The notes below the pieces were generated by a model. That model was not told where the DNA came from. It did no database searches and worked only from the letters and a program-made list of their open reading frames with translations. From assembly GCF_024502345.1 (NCBI RefSeq), contig NZ_JALDNN010000001.1: a stretch of 64,000 nt of DNA, one strand, 5' to 3'. Position 1 is the first letter of the stretch; each line of letters opens with the position of its first letter. A program made the position numbers and the translations under genes. Shown here piece after piece: positions 45,403 through 57,537 of this stretch. This DNA is from Escherichia coli (lineage in GTDB: Bacteria > Pseudomonadota > Gammaproteobacteria > Enterobacterales > Enterobacteriaceae).

Positions 45403-45900
45403 ATGATGATGAAAACTGTTAAACATCTTCTGTGCTGTGCCATTGCCGCCAGCGCATTAATTTCCACCGGGGTGCATGCTGCGTCCTGGAAAGATGCGCT
45501 CTCCAGCGCCGCCAGCGAACTTGGCAACCAAAACAGCACGACACAGGAAGGCGGTTGGTCGCTCGCGTCATTAACTAACTTGCTTAGCAGCGGAAACCAG
45601 GCCTTAAGCGCAGATAACATGAACAATGCCGCAGGCATTCTGCAATACTGCGCGAAGCAAAAGCTGGCGTCGGTAACCGATGCCGAAAACATCAAGAACC
45701 AGGTGCTGGAAAAGCTGGGCCTGAACAGTGAAGAGCAAAAAGAAGACACCAACTATCTGGACGGTATTCAGGGTTTGCTGAAAACCAAAGATGGTCAGCA
45801 ACTCAATCTGGATAACATCGGAACGACTCCGCTGGCAGAAAAGGTGAAAACCAAAGCCTGCGATCTGGTGTTAAAGCAGGGGCTGAACTTCATTTCCTGA
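45403..45900 (+). CDS. yjjA: Periplasmic protein YjjA (signal peptide)
   Basis: MMKTVKHLLCCAIAASALISTGVHA signal sequence. Confidence 0.8.
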   Translation: MMMKTVKHLLCCAIAASALISTGVHAASWKDALSSAASELGNQNSTTQEGGWSLASLTNLLSSGNQALSADNMNNAAGILQYCAKQKLASVTDAENIKNQVLEKLGLNSEEQKEDTNYLDGIQGLLKTKDGQQLNLDNIGTTPLAEKVKTKACDLVLKQGLNFIS

Positions 45901-46153
45901 ACCGCGAAACGCCGCGTTTTAGCTGTTACCCGGCTGACGCGGCTCTCTCCTGCCCTTTTCCCTGCTCCTGGACGGTTTTCCCCCTGTTACACGGGAAGCG
46001 ACCGCGATCAAAAAAGTCTGTTTATAAACTAATTCCTAACAACATCGCATTTTTTTGACACTAGAATTGCAGCAATATGGCGACGCCATTACATTGTGCT
46101 TCTCAAAAAGCTTAAACGTTGGCTAAACGGCCCGGTTTAGTGAGGATCGCCCG

Positions 46154-48445
46154 TTGTCAGAACTACTCTCTTTCGCCCTTTTTCTCGCCTCTGTGCTGAT
46201 TTACGCATGGAAAGCGGGACGTAACACCTGGTGGTTTGCAGCCACGTTAACGGTGCTGGGGCTATTTGTCGTTTTAAATATCACCCTGTTTGCCAGCGAC
46301 TATTTTACTGGCGATGGTATTAACGACGCGGTTCTCTATACCTTAACCAACAGCCTGACCGGTGCTGGCGTCAGCAAATACATTTTGCCGGGTATCGGCA
46401 TTGTGCTGGGGCTGACAGCGGTGTTCGGTGCGCTGGGCTGGATCCTGCGCCGTCGTCGCCATCATCCGCACCATTTTGGTTACAGCCTGCTGGCGCTCTT
46501 ACTGGCGCTGGGTTCGGTGGACGCCAGCCCGGCATTTCGTCAGATAACGGAACTGGTGAAATCCCAGTCACGCGACGGCGACCCGGACTTTGCGGCTTAT
46601 TATAAAGAGCCGTCGAAAACTATCCCTGACCCGAAACTCAACCTGGTTTATATCTACGGCGAAAGTCTCGAGCGGACCTATTTTGATAACGAGGCTTTCC
46701 CGGATCTCACGCCTGAACTGGGCGCGTTGAAAAATGAAGGCCTGGATTTCAGCCACACGCAGCAGCTGCCGGGAACAGATTACACGATTGCGGGCATGGT
46801 GGCTTCTCAGTGCGGCATACCGCTGTTTGCCCCCTTTGAAGGCAACGCCTCCGCCTCTGTCTCCAGCTTCTTCCCGCAGAACATCTGTCTGGGAGATATC
46901 CTGAAAAACTCGGGTTATCAGAACTATTTCGTGCAGGGCGCGAATCTGCGTTTTGCCGGGAAAGATGTGTTCCTGAAGTCGCATGGCTTCGACCACTTAT
47001 ACGGCTCAGAAGAGCTGAAAAGCGTGGTAGCCGACCCGCACTATCGCAACGACTGGGGATTCTACGACGATACCGTTCTCGATGAAGCGTGGAAAAAGTT
47101 TGAAGAGCTTTCCCGCTCAGGTCAGCGATTCTCACTGTTTACCCTGACAGTCGATACCCATCACCCGGATGGTTTTATCTCTCGTACCTGTAACCGCAAA
47201 AAATATGATTTTGACGGTAAACCGAATCAGTCATTCAGCGCGGTAAGTTGCAGCCAGGAGAATATCGCGACGTTTATCAACAAAATCAAAGCGTCACCGT
47301 GGTTTAAAGATACTGTCATCGTCGTCTCTTCTGACCATTTAGCGATGAACAACACGGCGTGGAAATACCTCAATAAGCAGGATCGCAATAACCTGTTTTT
47401 TGTCATTCGTGGCGACAAGCCGCAGCAAGAGACGCTGGCAGTGAAGCGTAACACGATGGATAACGGCGCGACGGTGCTGGACATTCTCGGTGGCGATAAC
47501 TATCTCGGACTTGGTCGTAGCAGTTTATCCGGGCAGTCGATGTCGGAAATCTTCCTCAATATCAAAGAGAAAACATTGGCGTGGAAGCCAGATATCATCC
47601 GCCTGTGGAAATTCCCTAAAGAGATGAAAGAGTTCACCATCGACCAGCAGAAAAACATGATTGCCTTCTCGGGTAGCCATTTCCGTTTGCCGCTGCTGTT
47701 GCGGGTTTCAGACAAACGCGTGGAACCGCTGCCGGAAAGCGAATACTCAGCACCGCTGCGTTTCCAGCTGGCCGATTTCGCTCCACGAGACAATTTCGTC
47801 TGGGTTGACCGTTGCTACAAGATGGCACAACTCTGGGCTCCGGAACTGGCACTTTCCACCGACTGGTGTGTCTCGCAAGGGCAGCTTGGCGGTCAGCAAA
47901 TTGTTCAGCATGTTGACAAAACAACATGGAAGAGCAAGACGGCATTTAAAGATACGGTCATCGACATGGCGCGTTACAAAGGCAATGTCGATACGCTGAA
48001 GATTGTTGATAACGATATTCGCTACAAAGCCGACAGTTTCATCTTTAACGTCGCCGGTGCGCCAGAAGAGGTGAAACAGTTTAGCGGGATTTCCCGTCCG
48101 GAGTCGTGGGGCCGCTGGTCCAACGCGCAGCTGGGCGATGAAGTAAAAATCGAGTACAAGCATCCGCTGCCGAAGAAATTTGACCTGGTGATTACCGCCA
48201 AAGCATACGGCAATAACGCCAGCCGTCCTATTCCGGTACGCGTAGGCAATGAAGAACAAACTCTTGTGCTGGGCAATGAAGTGACCACCACCACACTGCA
48301 TTTCGATAACCCAACCGATGCCGACACACTGGTAATTGTGCCGCCGGAACCTGTCTCAACCAACGAAGGGAATATCCTCGGACACTCGCCGCGTAAGCTC
48401 GGGATCGGCATGGTGGAAATTAAAGTGGTAGAACGTGAAGGGTAA
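46154..48445 (+). CDS. opgB: Phosphoglycerol transferase I (OPG biosynthesis)
   Basis: 763 aa ([20 protein letters not shown]...); probable TTG start; sulfatase-like domain. Confidence 0.92.
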   Translation: MSELLSFALFLASVLIYAWKAGRNTWWFAATLTVLGLFVVLNITLFASDYFTGDGINDAVLYTLTNSLTGAGVSKYILPGIGIVLGLTAVFGALGWILRRRRHHPHHFGYSLLALLLALGSVDASPAFRQITELVKSQSRDGDPDFAAYYKEPSKTIPDPKLNLVYIYGESLERTYFDNEAFPDLTPELGALKNEGLDFSHTQQLPGTDYTIAGMVASQCGIPLFAPFEGNASASVSSFFPQNICLGDILKNSGYQNYFVQGANLRFAGKDVFLKSHGFDHLYGSEELKSVVADPHYRNDWGFYDDTVLDEAWKKFEELSRSGQRFSLFTLTVDTHHPDGFISRTCNRKKYDFDGKPNQSFSAVSCSQENIATFINKIKASPWFKDTVIVVSSDHLAMNNTAWKYLNKQDRNNLFFVIRGDKPQQETLAVKRNTMDNGATVLDILGGDNYLGLGRSSLSGQSMSEIFLNIKEKTLAWKPDIIRLWKFPKEMKEFTIDQQKNMIAFSGSHFRLPLLLRVSDKRVEPLPESEYSAPLRFQLADFAPRDNFVWVDRCYKMAQLWAPELALSTDWCVSQGQLGGQQIVQHVDKTTWKSKTAFKDTVIDMARYKGNVDTLKIVDNDIRYKADSFIFNVAGAPEEVKQFSGISRPESWGRWSNAQLGDEVKIEYKHPLPKKFDLVITAKAYGNNASRPIPVRVGNEEQTLVLGNEVTTTTLHFDNPTDADTLVIVPPEPVSTNEGNILGHSPRKLGIGMVEIKVVEREG

Positions 48446-48582
48446 TTCCTGACTGATGTGTAGGTCGCATAGGGTGCGACCTACACACCTTCTCCGGCTT
48501 ACAACACATTATTAAGAAACCAAAAAAACAGCGCCCAACACTTCCCCGGACGCTGCATGGCAACTTTAATAATCTCGCCTTA

Positions 48583-49605
48583 TCAGAAAGTAATTACGCC
48601 TTTAATTAACTCACGATTGTTAATCACATCGCGCTCGTAGGTTTCTGCCAGCGTGGCGAACGGATAGCGATGGGTTAACATCATGTCAGCAGTGATTTTT
48701 CCTTCCGCCATCAGTCGACCGACTTTAGCAAAATCTTCCGGCGTGGCGTTGCGGCTACCCATCATCGTCGTTTCTTTTTTATGGAATTCAGGATCGGAGA
48801 ACTGCAACTCTCCTTTAAACAGGCCGACAAATACCACCGTGCCGCCGTGACGAATCAGATTCACGGTGTTATTCATCGCATGTTGATTACCTGTCGCGTC
48901 GATCACTTTCTGCGCCAGCCAACCACCAAACTGCGCCCGCAGCTGCGCGTCAAAATCTTCGGCTGATGGGTCCAGCACGGGCAACTCCAGACGCGTTGCC
49001 ACATGTTCACGGCGCGCCGGACTGGTATCCGCCACCACCACCTGTGCGCCATCAGCTTTAGCGATTGCCGCCGCGCCCAGACCGATTGGCCCCGCCCCGA
49101 CCACCAGCACCTGCTCGCCGGGAGCAATGGCTGCGCGACGCACCGCATGAGCGCTAATAGCGAAAGGTTCAATCAATGCGGCCGCCTGCGGGTCAATACC
49201 GTCTGCGGGCAAAATGTTCGCCACCGGCACGCTCAAATACTCACTAAAACCGCCATCCTGATGCACGCCGATGACTGAAATTTTTTCACAGCAATTGGTA
49301 CGCCCGCTTTTACACGCCGGGCATTGCTGACAGGCAACATAAGGGATCACAGCAACTTGCTGACCATTTTTAAGATCAGCAATATTTTTACCCAGCCCAA
49401 CAATCTCCCCACATATTTCATGGCCTAAAACCCGTGGATAACTAAAAAATGGTTGATTTCCACCCCAGGCATGAATATCGGTACCGCAAATCCCGACAGA
49501 CTTAATTTTTATTAATGCTTCATTGTCACCCGGAATAGGTATCTCACGTTGTTTCCAGACTAATTCTTTCGGCTGCTGGCAAATTAAAACATTCATCGTA
49601 GACAT
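48583..49605 (-). CDS. lgoD: L-galactonate 5-dehydrogenase (Zn-dependent alcohol dehydrogenase family)
   Basis: 340 aa from MSTMNVLICQQ; GHEICGEIVG zinc motif, GAGPIGLG NAD motif. Confidence 0.9.
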   Translation of the reverse strand: MSTMNVLICQQPKELVWKQREIPIPGDNEALIKIKSVGICGTDIHAWGGNQPFFSYPRVLGHEICGEIVGLGKNIADLKNGQQVAVIPYVACQQCPACKSGRTNCCEKISVIGVHQDGGFSEYLSVPVANILPADGIDPQAAALIEPFAISAHAVRRAAIAPGEQVLVVGAGPIGLGAAAIAKADGAQVVVADTSPARREHVATRLELPVLDPSAEDFDAQLRAQFGGWLAQKVIDATGNQHAMNNTVNLIRHGGTVVFVGLFKGELQFSDPEFHKKETTMMGSRNATPEDFAKVGRLMAEGKITADMMLTHRYPFATLAETYERDVINNRELIKGVITF

Positions 49606-49743
49606 GATTCGGCTCTCCATTTTTTGTTGCCTTAGATATCAATGAAAATGAAAAATGGCAGCGGAACGGAAAATCTGTTTTGTGAAAACACACGCATAAA
49701 AATGTTTTAAATCGGGTTTTAATGGACTCACAAGGAGGAAAAT

Positions 49744-50658
49744 ATGAGTCGTTCACAAAATTTACGCCACAATGTGATTAACCAGGTCATTGATGATATG
49801 GCGCGGGGTCATATCCCTTCCCCGCTTCCATCGCAAAGTGCGCTGGCGGAAATGTACAACATCAGCCGCACTACAGTGCGTCATATTCTCAGCCACTTAC
49901 GCGAATGCGGCGTCTTAACGCAGGTTGGAAACGACTATGTTATTGCGCGTAAACCTGACCATGATGACGGTTTCGCCTGTACTACCGCTTCAATGAGTGA
50001 ACAAAACAAAGTGTTTGAGCAGGCTTTTTTCACGATGATAAACCAGCGTCAGTTACGCCCTGGGGAAACTTTTTCTGAACTACAACTGGCTCGGGCCGCG
50101 GGTGTCAGCCCGGTGGTTGTAAGAGAATATCTTTTAAAATTCGGCCGTTATAATCTTATTCAAAGCGAAAAGCGCGGCCAGTGGAGCATGAAGCAATTCG
50201 ATCAATCCTACGCCGAGCAGCTGTTTGAGCTACGCGAAATGCTCGAAACACATTCACTTCAGCACTTTCTCAACCTGCCTGATCATGATCCCCGCTGGCT
50301 GCAGGCGAAAACCATGCTCGAACGTCATCGGCTACTGCGTGACAACATAGGCAATAGCTTTCGCATGTTCTCGCAACTTGACAGAGATTTTCACTCCTTA
50401 CTGCTTTCAGCTGCCGACAATATCTTTTTTGATCAATCGCTTGAGATCATCTCAGTCATCTTTCATTTTCACTATCAATGGGACGAAAGCGATCTTAAAC
50501 AGCGCAATATCATTGCCGTCGATGAGCATATGACCATTCTCAGCGCTCTGATTTGCCGCAGTGACCTTGATGCCACCCTTGCGCTCCGTAACCATTTGAA
50601 TTCAGCTAAACAATCAATGATTCGATCCATTAATGAGAACACGCGTTATGCTCATTAA
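49744..50658 (+). CDS. lgoR: GntR-family regulator of L-galactonate utilisation
   Basis: 304 aa, N-terminal GntR HTH. Confidence 0.85.
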   Translation: MSRSQNLRHNVINQVIDDMARGHIPSPLPSQSALAEMYNISRTTVRHILSHLRECGVLTQVGNDYVIARKPDHDDGFACTTASMSEQNKVFEQAFFTMINQRQLRPGETFSELQLARAAGVSPVVVREYLLKFGRYNLIQSEKRGQWSMKQFDQSYAEQLFELREMLETHSLQHFLNLPDHDPRWLQAKTMLERHRLLRDNIGNSFRMFSQLDRDFHSLLLSAADNIFFDQSLEIISVIFHFHYQWDESDLKQRNIIAVDEHMTILSALICRSDLDATLALRNHLNSAKQSMIRSINENTRYAH

Positions 50659-50872
50659 GTACGGATTAAAAACAGCAAACTATTAGCGGGTGCACGGTTT
50701 TATCAAAAGATAAATACCGGGAAATTCCCGCTTACCTATGCTCACAATCAGTCGACTAAAAATGTTTTTGTGAGCGGTAGTAAAGTCCTAAAACTTTAAC
50801 CTGCCGTTAATGTCAACCTTGCGTAATGCACAATTACGTAAACAATTAAAATTATAAATACAGGAGTCCGGC

Positions 50873-52234
50873 GTGGAAAAAGAAAATATCACCCTCGATC
50901 CGCGTTCTTCATTTACTCCATCTTCGTCGGCAGATATTCCCGTGCCACCAGATGGATTAGTTCAACGCAGTACCCGAATTAAACGCATTCAAACCACCGC
51001 CATGTTGTTATTATTTTTTGCGGCGGTAATCAATTATCTCGACCGCAGTTCGCTGTCGGTAGCAAATTTAACGATTCGTGAAGAATTGGGATTAAGTGCC
51101 ACCGAAATCGGCGCTTTGCTCTCCGTGTTTTCACTCGCTTACGGCATTGCGCAACTTCCTTGCGGCCCACTATTGGATCGTAAAGGCCCACGCCTGATGC
51201 TGGGACTGGGGATGTTCTTCTGGTCACTGTTCCAGGCCATGTCTGGCATGGTGCACAGCTTTACGCAGTTCGTGTTGGTGCGTATCGGTATGGGGATTGG
51301 TGAAGCGCCGATGAACCCATGCGGTGTAAAAGTCATTAACGACTGGTTCAACATCAAAGAGCGCGGACGCCCGATGGGCTTCTTCAACGCAGCTTCTACC
51401 ATTGGCGTTGCCGTAAGCCCACCGATTCTGGCGGCGATGATGCTGGTGATGGGCTGGCGCGGGATGTTTATTACCATTGGTGTACTGGGGATTTTTCTCG
51501 CCATCGGCTGGTATATGCTCTATCGCAACCGCGAGCACGTAGAACTGACTGCCGTTGAACAAGCTTATCTCAATGCAGGTAGCGTCAATGCCCGCCGAGA
51601 TCCGCTCAGTTTTGCCGAATGGCGCAGCCTGTTCCGTAACCGCACAATGTGGGGAATGATGCTCGGATTCAGTGGCATCAACTACACTGCGTGGCTGTAT
51701 CTGGCCTGGCTTCCTGGTTACCTGCAAACAGCCTATAACCTGGATTTAAAAAGCACAGGGTTGATGGCGGCTATCCCTTTCCTGTTTGGGGCTGCCGGGA
51801 TGCTGGTCAACGGTTACGTTACTGACTGGCTGGTCAAAGGGGGAATGGCTCCGATTAAAAGCCGTAAGATCTGCATTATTGCCGGGATGTTCTGTTCTGC
51901 CGCCTTTACGCTGATAGTACCACAAGCGACAACATCCATGATGGCGGTTCTGCTGATTGGCATGGCACTGTTCTGTATTCACTTTGCCGGAACATCCTGC
52001 TGGGGCTTGATCCACGTCGCAGTTGCTTCTCGCATGACTGCGTCGGTGGGCAGTATCCAGAACTTTGCCAGCTTCATCTGCGCCTCTTTCGCGCCGATCA
52101 TTACTGGTTTTATTGTTGATACAACCCACTCATTCCGTCTGGCACTAATCATTTGCGGTTGCGTCACCGCAGCGGGAGCACTGGCGTACATCTTCCTGGT
52201 TCGTCAGCCGATCAACGACCCGCGTAAAGATTAA
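50873..52234 (+). CDS. lgoT: MFS L-galactonate transporter
   Basis: 453 aa, 12-TM MFS with typical D-R-x-G-P-R loop. Confidence 0.88.
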   Translation: MEKENITLDPRSSFTPSSSADIPVPPDGLVQRSTRIKRIQTTAMLLLFFAAVINYLDRSSLSVANLTIREELGLSATEIGALLSVFSLAYGIAQLPCGPLLDRKGPRLMLGLGMFFWSLFQAMSGMVHSFTQFVLVRIGMGIGEAPMNPCGVKVINDWFNIKERGRPMGFFNAASTIGVAVSPPILAAMMLVMGWRGMFITIGVLGIFLAIGWYMLYRNREHVELTAVEQAYLNAGSVNARRDPLSFAEWRSLFRNRTMWGMMLGFSGINYTAWLYLAWLPGYLQTAYNLDLKSTGLMAAIPFLFGAAGMLVNGYVTDWLVKGGMAPIKSRKICIIAGMFCSAAFTLIVPQATTSMMAVLLIGMALFCIHFAGTSCWGLIHVAVASRMTASVGSIQNFASFICASFAPIITGFIVDTTHSFRLALIICGCVTAAGALAYIFLVRQPINDPRKD

Positions 52235-52282
52235 ACTCCCTATGCCCGATAACATTTTGCTTATCGGGCATTTTTATGGCGA

Positions 52283-53947
52283 TTAAAACGTTTCCCAGTT
52301 CTCCCCGCTATCTGCCACTGCCATTTTACGCGGCGTAGCTGGCGTCACGGTTTTTACCACAGCCGATGTTTCACGCTGCTGTTGCTGCTGTTGCTGAATC
52401 CGGAACACTGCCACAGCTTCGGTCAGGCGACTGGCCTGCTCTTCCAGCGCGGCGGCGGCAGCGGCAGACTCTTCCACCAGCGCGGCGTTCTGTTGAGTTA
52501 CCCGGTCCATCTCAGCAACCGCTAAGCCAACCTGATCGATACCACGGCTCTGCTCATCAGAAGCAGAAGCTATTTCGCCCATAATGTCCGTCACGCGGGT
52601 CACGGCGCTGACAATCTCCGCCATTGTTTCCCCGGCGCTTTCGACCAGCGTAGAGCCAACATCCACTTTCCCCACCGAGTCTTCAATCAGGCTTTTAATT
52701 TCACGAGCCGCCTGGGCGCTACGCTGGGCCAGATTACGCACTTCTCCCGCAACCACCGCAAAACCACGTCCTTGCTCACCCGCACGCGCAGCCTCAACCG
52801 CCGCGTTCAAAGCCAGAATATTGGTCTGGAAGGCAATGCCGTCAATTACGCTGATAATATCGGCGATTTTCTGCGAACTAGTGGAGATATCGCGCATAGT
52901 CTGCACCACGTTATCCACCACTTTGCCGCCGCGTTGCGCCGTTTCAGAAGCACTTAACGCCAGGTGGCTGGCCTGGCGCGCATTCTCGGCGTTCTGTTTC
53001 ACCGTTGCGGTCAGTTGCTCCATGCTGGCTGCCGTCTCTTCCAGCGAAGCGGCCTGTTGCTCGGTGCGCGAAGAGAGATCGTTATTACCGGTAGCGATTT
53101 CGCTGGCACCGCTATAGATGGCATTGGCCCCGTTGCGCACATCACCGACGGTACGCATCAGTTCTCCCTGCATATGGCGCAAACTCTCTGCCAGTTGCCC
53201 CATCTCATTAGAGCCATCCACCTCAATCGGTTTCACCAGATCGCCGCCTGCAATATGACGGATGCTGTCAATCAGGCGATTCATTGGCGCTACCAGCGAG
53301 GCTTTAATACCGAACCAGACGGCGAAGATGACCGCCAGTACGACGATCATCACGCCCACCAGAATCCACATCGCCTGGCTGTAGGAGGCATTGTTATCGC
53401 TGACGGCGATATCATAGAGCCGATCGTTTTGCTCCATGTAAGCCACATACTGCTTCTCGAAACCGTCTTGATATCCCTGGGTCGGCTGATCAAAGAACTC
53501 GTTGATTTTGCCTGCACCTAACAGTTGGATCAGCTCCGCCAGCGCATTGTGATAAATATCGTAATTACGTTTGCTCTCTGCCGCTGCGGCGGTGCTCTGA
53601 CGCGGGTCACGCGGCAACGCTTCGTAATCCACCCAGTTTTTTTCCGCCTGTTTCAACGAAATACTGGCACTCTGCATCAGCTCAGCAACGGTTGAACCGC
53701 TACCAATATTATTCTGATCCATCATGTAGCGGATACCCGCGCGGTTGAGGGTGTTACGCGTCTGCAACAACGCGACCCAGCTGCCATTCAGCGTGGATTG
53801 CTGCTGGCGAATGGTTTGTAAAACAGTGAAATTTTCTTTGTCATTCTTTAAGGCATTAAAGAACAGACCGCCTGATGTCAGTTGTAAAAGGCCAAAAACG
53901 GCCAAAACCAGCAGTAAGCTGGTCACGATCTTGATACGTTTTAACAT
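52283..53947 (-). CDS. tsr: Serine chemoreceptor Tsr (methyl-accepting chemotaxis protein I)
   Basis: 554 aa [19 protein letters not shown]...; HAMP and MCP signalling domains, C-terminal NWETF pentapeptide. Confidence 0.93.
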   Translation of the reverse strand: MLKRIKIVTSLLLVLAVFGLLQLTSGGLFFNALKNDKENFTVLQTIRQQQSTLNGSWVALLQTRNTLNRAGIRYMMDQNNIGSGSTVAELMQSASISLKQAEKNWVDYEALPRDPRQSTAAAAESKRNYDIYHNALAELIQLLGAGKINEFFDQPTQGYQDGFEKQYVAYMEQNDRLYDIAVSDNNASYSQAMWILVGVMIVVLAVIFAVWFGIKASLVAPMNRLIDSIRHIAGGDLVKPIEVDGSNEMGQLAESLRHMQGELMRTVGDVRNGANAIYSGASEIATGNNDLSSRTEQQAASLEETAASMEQLTATVKQNAENARQASHLALSASETAQRGGKVVDNVVQTMRDISTSSQKIADIISVIDGIAFQTNILALNAAVEAARAGEQGRGFAVVAGEVRNLAQRSAQAAREIKSLIEDSVGKVDVGSTLVESAGETMAEIVSAVTRVTDIMGEIASASDEQSRGIDQVGLAVAEMDRVTQQNAALVEESAAAAAALEEQASRLTEAVAVFRIQQQQQQQRETSAVVKTVTPATPRKMAVADSGENWETF

Positions 53948-54065
53948 GGTTTCTCTTTCCTGTGGACCGATGCAAGATTTTCGGCCTGGAAAGCAAAAAC
54001 TTTATGAAAAGGTGTAACCCGCCATCCATGGAAAAACCAGGCGCTGGTTATCAGATACTAAAAAG

Positions 54066-54512
54066 TTATTCATTATCGCCCGGGATGTCTTCTTGTCGGG
54101 AATTGCCCAGAGCAATAAATTCCTCTAACAGATGGGTTAACTGTTGCATTTTCTCGGCAGTAAACTGAGCTTCAATCTGCCGATAGGCTTCTTCAATCTG
54201 TGTCTGAGCGCGGTTATACAGCGCCTGCCCCTCTTTGGTCAGCGAGATATAGAGCTTCCGCTGATCATTGATCGGCTTTAATCGCAACACTAAACCGTCG
54301 CGTTCCATCCGCGTGAGGATCCCGGTCAGGCTTGGGCGCAAAATGCAGGCGCGATACGCCAGATCGTGAAAATCCATTGATGGGCTTTCCGCCAGAATAC
54401 GCACGATGCGCCACTGTTGCTCAGTCAAATTATGCCGTTTAACGATTGGGCGAAAATAACTCATCGCCGCTTCTCGCGCCTGGAGCAACGCAATGGTTAG
54501 TGAGTCGTGCAT
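54066..54512 (-). CDS. hpaR: MarR-family repressor of homoprotocatechuate degradation
   Basis: MHDSLTIALLQAREAAMSYFRPIVKRHNLTEQQWRIVRIL... MarR HTH; divergent from hpaG. Confidence 0.8.
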   Translation of the reverse strand: MHDSLTIALLQAREAAMSYFRPIVKRHNLTEQQWRIVRILAESPSMDFHDLAYRACILRPSLTGILTRMERDGLVLRLKPINDQRKLYISLTKEGQALYNRAQTQIEEAYRQIEAQFTAEKMQQLTHLLEEFIALGNSRQEDIPGDNE

Positions 54513-54783
54513 TATCTTTCCCCTGAAAAATTCAAAATCATTAATATAGAAACAATTAATCATCACGTTACCGGGACTGCGCTGCCCCTGCAATTCCTGA
54601 TTTTATCAAAATTGATGATATTTTATTAACTTACTGATATTTAATATTTTATTATCTTTATATGTAAATAGTTTGTTAATTAGATCACATTTATATCACT
54701 TACTTTTGCCAAACTACGCAATCGGGAATAAAAGTAATCATTAACATATTAATGATTAAGATGATCGAATCCGAGGAGTGGTA

Positions 54784-56073
54784 ATGAAAGGCACTATCTT
54801 CGCCGTAGCGTTGAACCATCGCAGCCAACTTGATGCCTGGCAGGAAGCGTTCCAGCAATCTCCCTACAAAGCCCCGCCTAAAACTGCGGTCTGGTTTATT
54901 AAACCGCGCAATACGGTGATTGGTTGCGGTGAACCGATTCCCTTTCCACAGGGTGAAAAGGTACTGAGCGGTGCGACAGTTGCGCTGATTGTGGGAAAAA
55001 CGGCGACGAAAGTACGTGAAGAAGATGCGGCAGAGTACATCGCCGGATATGCGCTGGCTAACGACGTCAGCCTGCCGGAAGAGAGCTTTTACCGCCCGGC
55101 AATCAAAGCAAAATGTCGTGATGGATTCTGCCCCATTGGCGAAACCGTGGCTCTCAGCAATGTCGATAATCTGACTATCTATACCGAGATCAACGGGCGT
55201 CCTGCCGATCACTGGAATACCGCCGATTTACAACGTAACGCCGCACAGCTGCTGAGCGCCCTGAGCGAATTCGCCACGCTGAACCCAGGCGACGCCATTT
55301 TGCTTGGCACACCACAAACCCGCGTGGACATTCAACCCGGCGATCGCGTTCGTGTTCTCGCAGAAGGTTTCCCGCCGCTGGAAAATCCGGTAGTGGACGA
55401 ACGTGAAGTGACCACGCGTAAAACCTTCCCAACGCAGCCACACCCGCACGGCACGCTGTTTGCCCTCGGCCTGAACTACGCCGACCACGCCAGTGAACTG
55501 GAATTTAAGCCACCGGAAGAGCCGTTGGTGTTTCTGAAAGCGCCGAATACCCTCACGGGCGATAACCAGACCTCCGTGCGCCCGAACAACATCGAGTACA
55601 TGCACTACGAAGCGGAGCTGGTGGTAGTTATTGGCAAGCAGGCTCGTAACGTCAGCGAAGCCGATGCCATGGATTATGTCGCGGGCTACACCGTGTGTAA
55701 CGACTACGCCATTCGCGACTATCTGGAAAACTACTACCGCCCTAACCTGCGGGTCAAAAGCCGCGACGGACTGACGCCGATGCTTTCAACCATCGTGCCG
55801 AAAGAGGCGATCCCGGACCCGCATAATCTGACCCTTCGCACCTTCGTCAACGGCGAGTTACGCCAGCAAGGCACCACCGCCGATCTGATCTTCAGCGTGC
55901 CCTTCCTGATCGCCTACTTAAGCGAATTTATGACCCTGAATCCGGGCGACATGATCGCCACCGGCACACCAAAAGGCTTATCTGACGTGGTGCCTGGCGA
56001 TGAAGTAGTGGTGGAAGTAGAAGGCGTGGGCCGCCTGGTGAACCGAATTGTGAGTGAGGAAACAGCGAAATGA
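54784..56073 (+). CDS. hpaG: Bifunctional OPET decarboxylase / HHDD isomerase (FAH family)
   Basis: ~429 aa, two tandem FAH-like halves. Confidence 0.85.
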   Translation: MKGTIFAVALNHRSQLDAWQEAFQQSPYKAPPKTAVWFIKPRNTVIGCGEPIPFPQGEKVLSGATVALIVGKTATKVREEDAAEYIAGYALANDVSLPEESFYRPAIKAKCRDGFCPIGETVALSNVDNLTIYTEINGRPADHWNTADLQRNAAQLLSALSEFATLNPGDAILLGTPQTRVDIQPGDRVRVLAEGFPPLENPVVDEREVTTRKTFPTQPHPHGTLFALGLNYADHASELEFKPPEEPLVFLKAPNTLTGDNQTSVRPNNIEYMHYEAELVVVIGKQARNVSEADAMDYVAGYTVCNDYAIRDYLENYYRPNLRVKSRDGLTPMLSTIVPKEAIPDPHNLTLRTFVNGELRQQGTTADLIFSVPFLIAYLSEFMTLNPGDMIATGTPKGLSDVVPGDEVVVEVEGVGRLVNRIVSEETAK

Positions 56074-57536
56074 AAAAAGTAAATCATTGGATCAACGGCA
56101 AAAATGTTGCAGGTAACGACTACTTCCAGACCACCAATCCGGCAACCGGTGAAGTGCTGGCGGATGTGGCCTCTGGCGGTGAAGCGGAGATCAATCAGGC
56201 GGTAGCGGCAGCGAAAGAGGCGTTCCCGAAATGGGCCAATCTGCCGATGAAAGAGCGTGCGCGCCTGATGCGCCGTCTGGGCGATCTGATCGACCAGAAC
56301 GTGCCTGAGATCGCCGCGATGGAAACCGCGGACACGGGCCTGCCGATCCATCAGACCAAAAACATGTTGATCCCACGCGCTTCTCACAACTTTGAATTTT
56401 TCGCGGAAGTCTGCCAGCAGATGAACGGCAAGACCTATCCGGTTGACGACAAGATGCTCAACTACACGCTGGTGCAGCCGGTAGGCGTTTGTGCACTGGT
56501 GTCGCCGTGGAACGTGCCGTTTATGACCGCCACATGGAAGGTCGCGCCGTGTCTTGCGCTGGGCAATACCGCGGTGCTGAAGATGTCGGAACTCTCCCCG
56601 CTGACCGCTGACCGCCTGGGTGAGCTGGCGCTGGAAGCCGGTATTCCGGCGGGCGTGCTGAACGTGGTACAGGGCTACGGCGCAACCGCAGGGGATGCGC
56701 TGGTTCGTCATCATGACGTACGTGCCGTGTCGTTCACCGGCGGTACGGCCACCGGGCGCAACATCATGAAAAACGCCGGGCTGAAAAAATACTCCATGGA
56801 ACTGGGCGGTAAATCGCCGGTGCTGATTTTTGAAGATGCCGATATTGAACGCGCGCTGGACGCTGCCCTGTTCACCATCTTCTCAATCAACGGCGAACGC
56901 TGCACCGCCGGTTCGCGCATTTTTATTCAACAGAGCATCTATCCAGAATTCGTTAAACGCTTTGCCGAACGCGCCAACCGTCTGCGCGTGGGCGATCCGA
57001 CCGATCCGAATACCCAGGTTGGGGCGCTTATCAGCCAGCAGCACTGGGAAAAAGTCTCCGGCTATATCCGTCTCGGCATTGAAGAAGGCGCCACCCTGCT
57101 GGCGGGCGGCCCGGATAAACCGTCTGACCTGCCTGCACACCTGAAAGGCGGCAACTTCCTGCGCCCAACGGTGCTGGCGGACGTAGATAACCGTATGCGC
57201 GTTGCCCAGGAAGAGATTTTCGGGCCGGTCGCCTGCCTGCTGCCGTTTAAAGATGAAGCCGAAGGCTTACGCCTGGCAAACGACGTGGAGTACGGCCTCG
57301 CGTCGTACATCTGGACGCAGGATGTCAGCAAAGTGTTACGCCTGGCGCGTGGCATTGAAGCAGGCATGGTGTTCGTCAACACCCAGAACGTGCGTGACCT
57401 GCGCCAGCCATTTGGCGGCGTAAAAGCCTCCGGCACCGGGCGTGAAGGCGGTGAGTACAGCTTCGAAGTGTTCGCGGAAATGAAGAACGTCTGCATTTCC
57501 ATGGGCGACCATCCAATTCCGAAATGGGGAGTCTGA
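56070..57536 (+). CDS. hpaE: 5-carboxymethyl-2-hydroxymuconate semialdehyde dehydrogenase
   Basis: 488 aa aldehyde dehydrogenase with catalytic Cys (GERCTAGSR). Confidence 0.88.
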   Translation: MKKVNHWINGKNVAGNDYFQTTNPATGEVLADVASGGEAEINQAVAAAKEAFPKWANLPMKERARLMRRLGDLIDQNVPEIAAMETADTGLPIHQTKNMLIPRASHNFEFFAEVCQQMNGKTYPVDDKMLNYTLVQPVGVCALVSPWNVPFMTATWKVAPCLALGNTAVLKMSELSPLTADRLGELALEAGIPAGVLNVVQGYGATAGDALVRHHDVRAVSFTGGTATGRNIMKNAGLKKYSMELGGKSPVLIFEDADIERALDAALFTIFSINGERCTAGSRIFIQQSIYPEFVKRFAERANRLRVGDPTDPNTQVGALISQQHWEKVSGYIRLGIEEGATLLAGGPDKPSDLPAHLKGGNFLRPTVLADVDNRMRVAQEEIFGPVACLLPFKDEAEGLRLANDVEYGLASYIWTQDVSKVLRLARGIEAGMVFVNTQNVRDLRQPFGGVKASGTGREGGEYSFEVFAEMKNVCISMGDHPIPKWGV

Positions 57537-57537
57537 T

